From Tubiluchus corallicola (Eukaryota > Animalia > Priapulida): 64,000 nucleotides of DNA. This document shows positions 63,728 through 64,000 of the stretch, in pieces (position 1 is the stretch's first letter; every line of letters starts with the position of its first letter). The notes under the pieces are model-generated. The model searched no databases. It had not been told where the DNA came from and saw nothing but the letters and a program-made list of their open reading frames with translations. The DNA is taken from the NCBI GenBank assembly GCA_030141605.1, contig JAQGDQ010000239.1, positions 278,758 to 342,757 of the forward strand, in the 5' to 3' direction. A program made the translations under genes and the position numbers.

Positions 63728-64000
63728 GTATGCAAGCTTAATTTTACCGACTATTTTTTGAGGTTGAGATATATTTGAGACTCTTATTTGAGTAGATAAG
63801 TAAATATAGATGTAAACAACAGAACTGAAAATGTGTAATGCACGTGAGCTGAACAGCTCTGATTTTTTGCGAAGACGAACCTCATACATTTTCACACTTA
63901 CATACTTCCATATAAGACTTTATTATAGACATTTGTATCCTAGCGGTTTCATTTCTTTTTGTAAATAGAACTTGTGGTTTTTATTGAACTTTAGAGCCAT
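63577..64000. repeat. Right arm of a long inverted repeat (runs off the window end; contains hyccin exon copy 63632-63727)
   Basis: Reverse complement of 61148-61571. The true length is unknown because the window ends. Confidence 0.97.

Overview
AT-rich, intron-rich genomic DNA from an invertebrate animal (probably a lophotrochozoan; this is inference). Five protein-coding loci can be built from GT-AG splice sites with consistent exon phases. (1) SLC35F5 on the minus strand, 10 coding exons, 5923-17660. (2) An intronless 578-aa ORF at 26164-27900 with an unknown N-domain, a winged helix and a fungal-NLR-type PNP/nucleosidase domain. (3) SUPT7L/STAF65-gamma, one long exon at 40675-41906. (4) An SLC5 sodium:sugar/inositol symporter with 16 exons, 42395-53407. 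(5) The 3' part of hyccin (HYCC/FAM126). Introns and intergenic DNA hold decayed LINEs (CR1-like, RTE-like), hAT and pogo/Tigger-type non-autonomous elements, a Helentron-like tandem-repeat element and a SINE. The most striking observation is that hyccin is split across both strands. Five exons lie on the minus strand (56054-61516), but the two exons that precede them lie on the PLUS strand (61715-61792, 62939-63060). Those two sit inside a 2-kb segment flanked by near-identical inverted repeats of at least 424 bp, and each repeat carries a copy of the same hyccin exon. Flipping the segment restores an in-frame gene. This could be an invertible or polymorphic segment, a trans-splicing or hairpin-RNA arrangement, or an assembly error; the window alone cannot decide. 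All family assignments come from recognising motifs by eye; no database searches were run.
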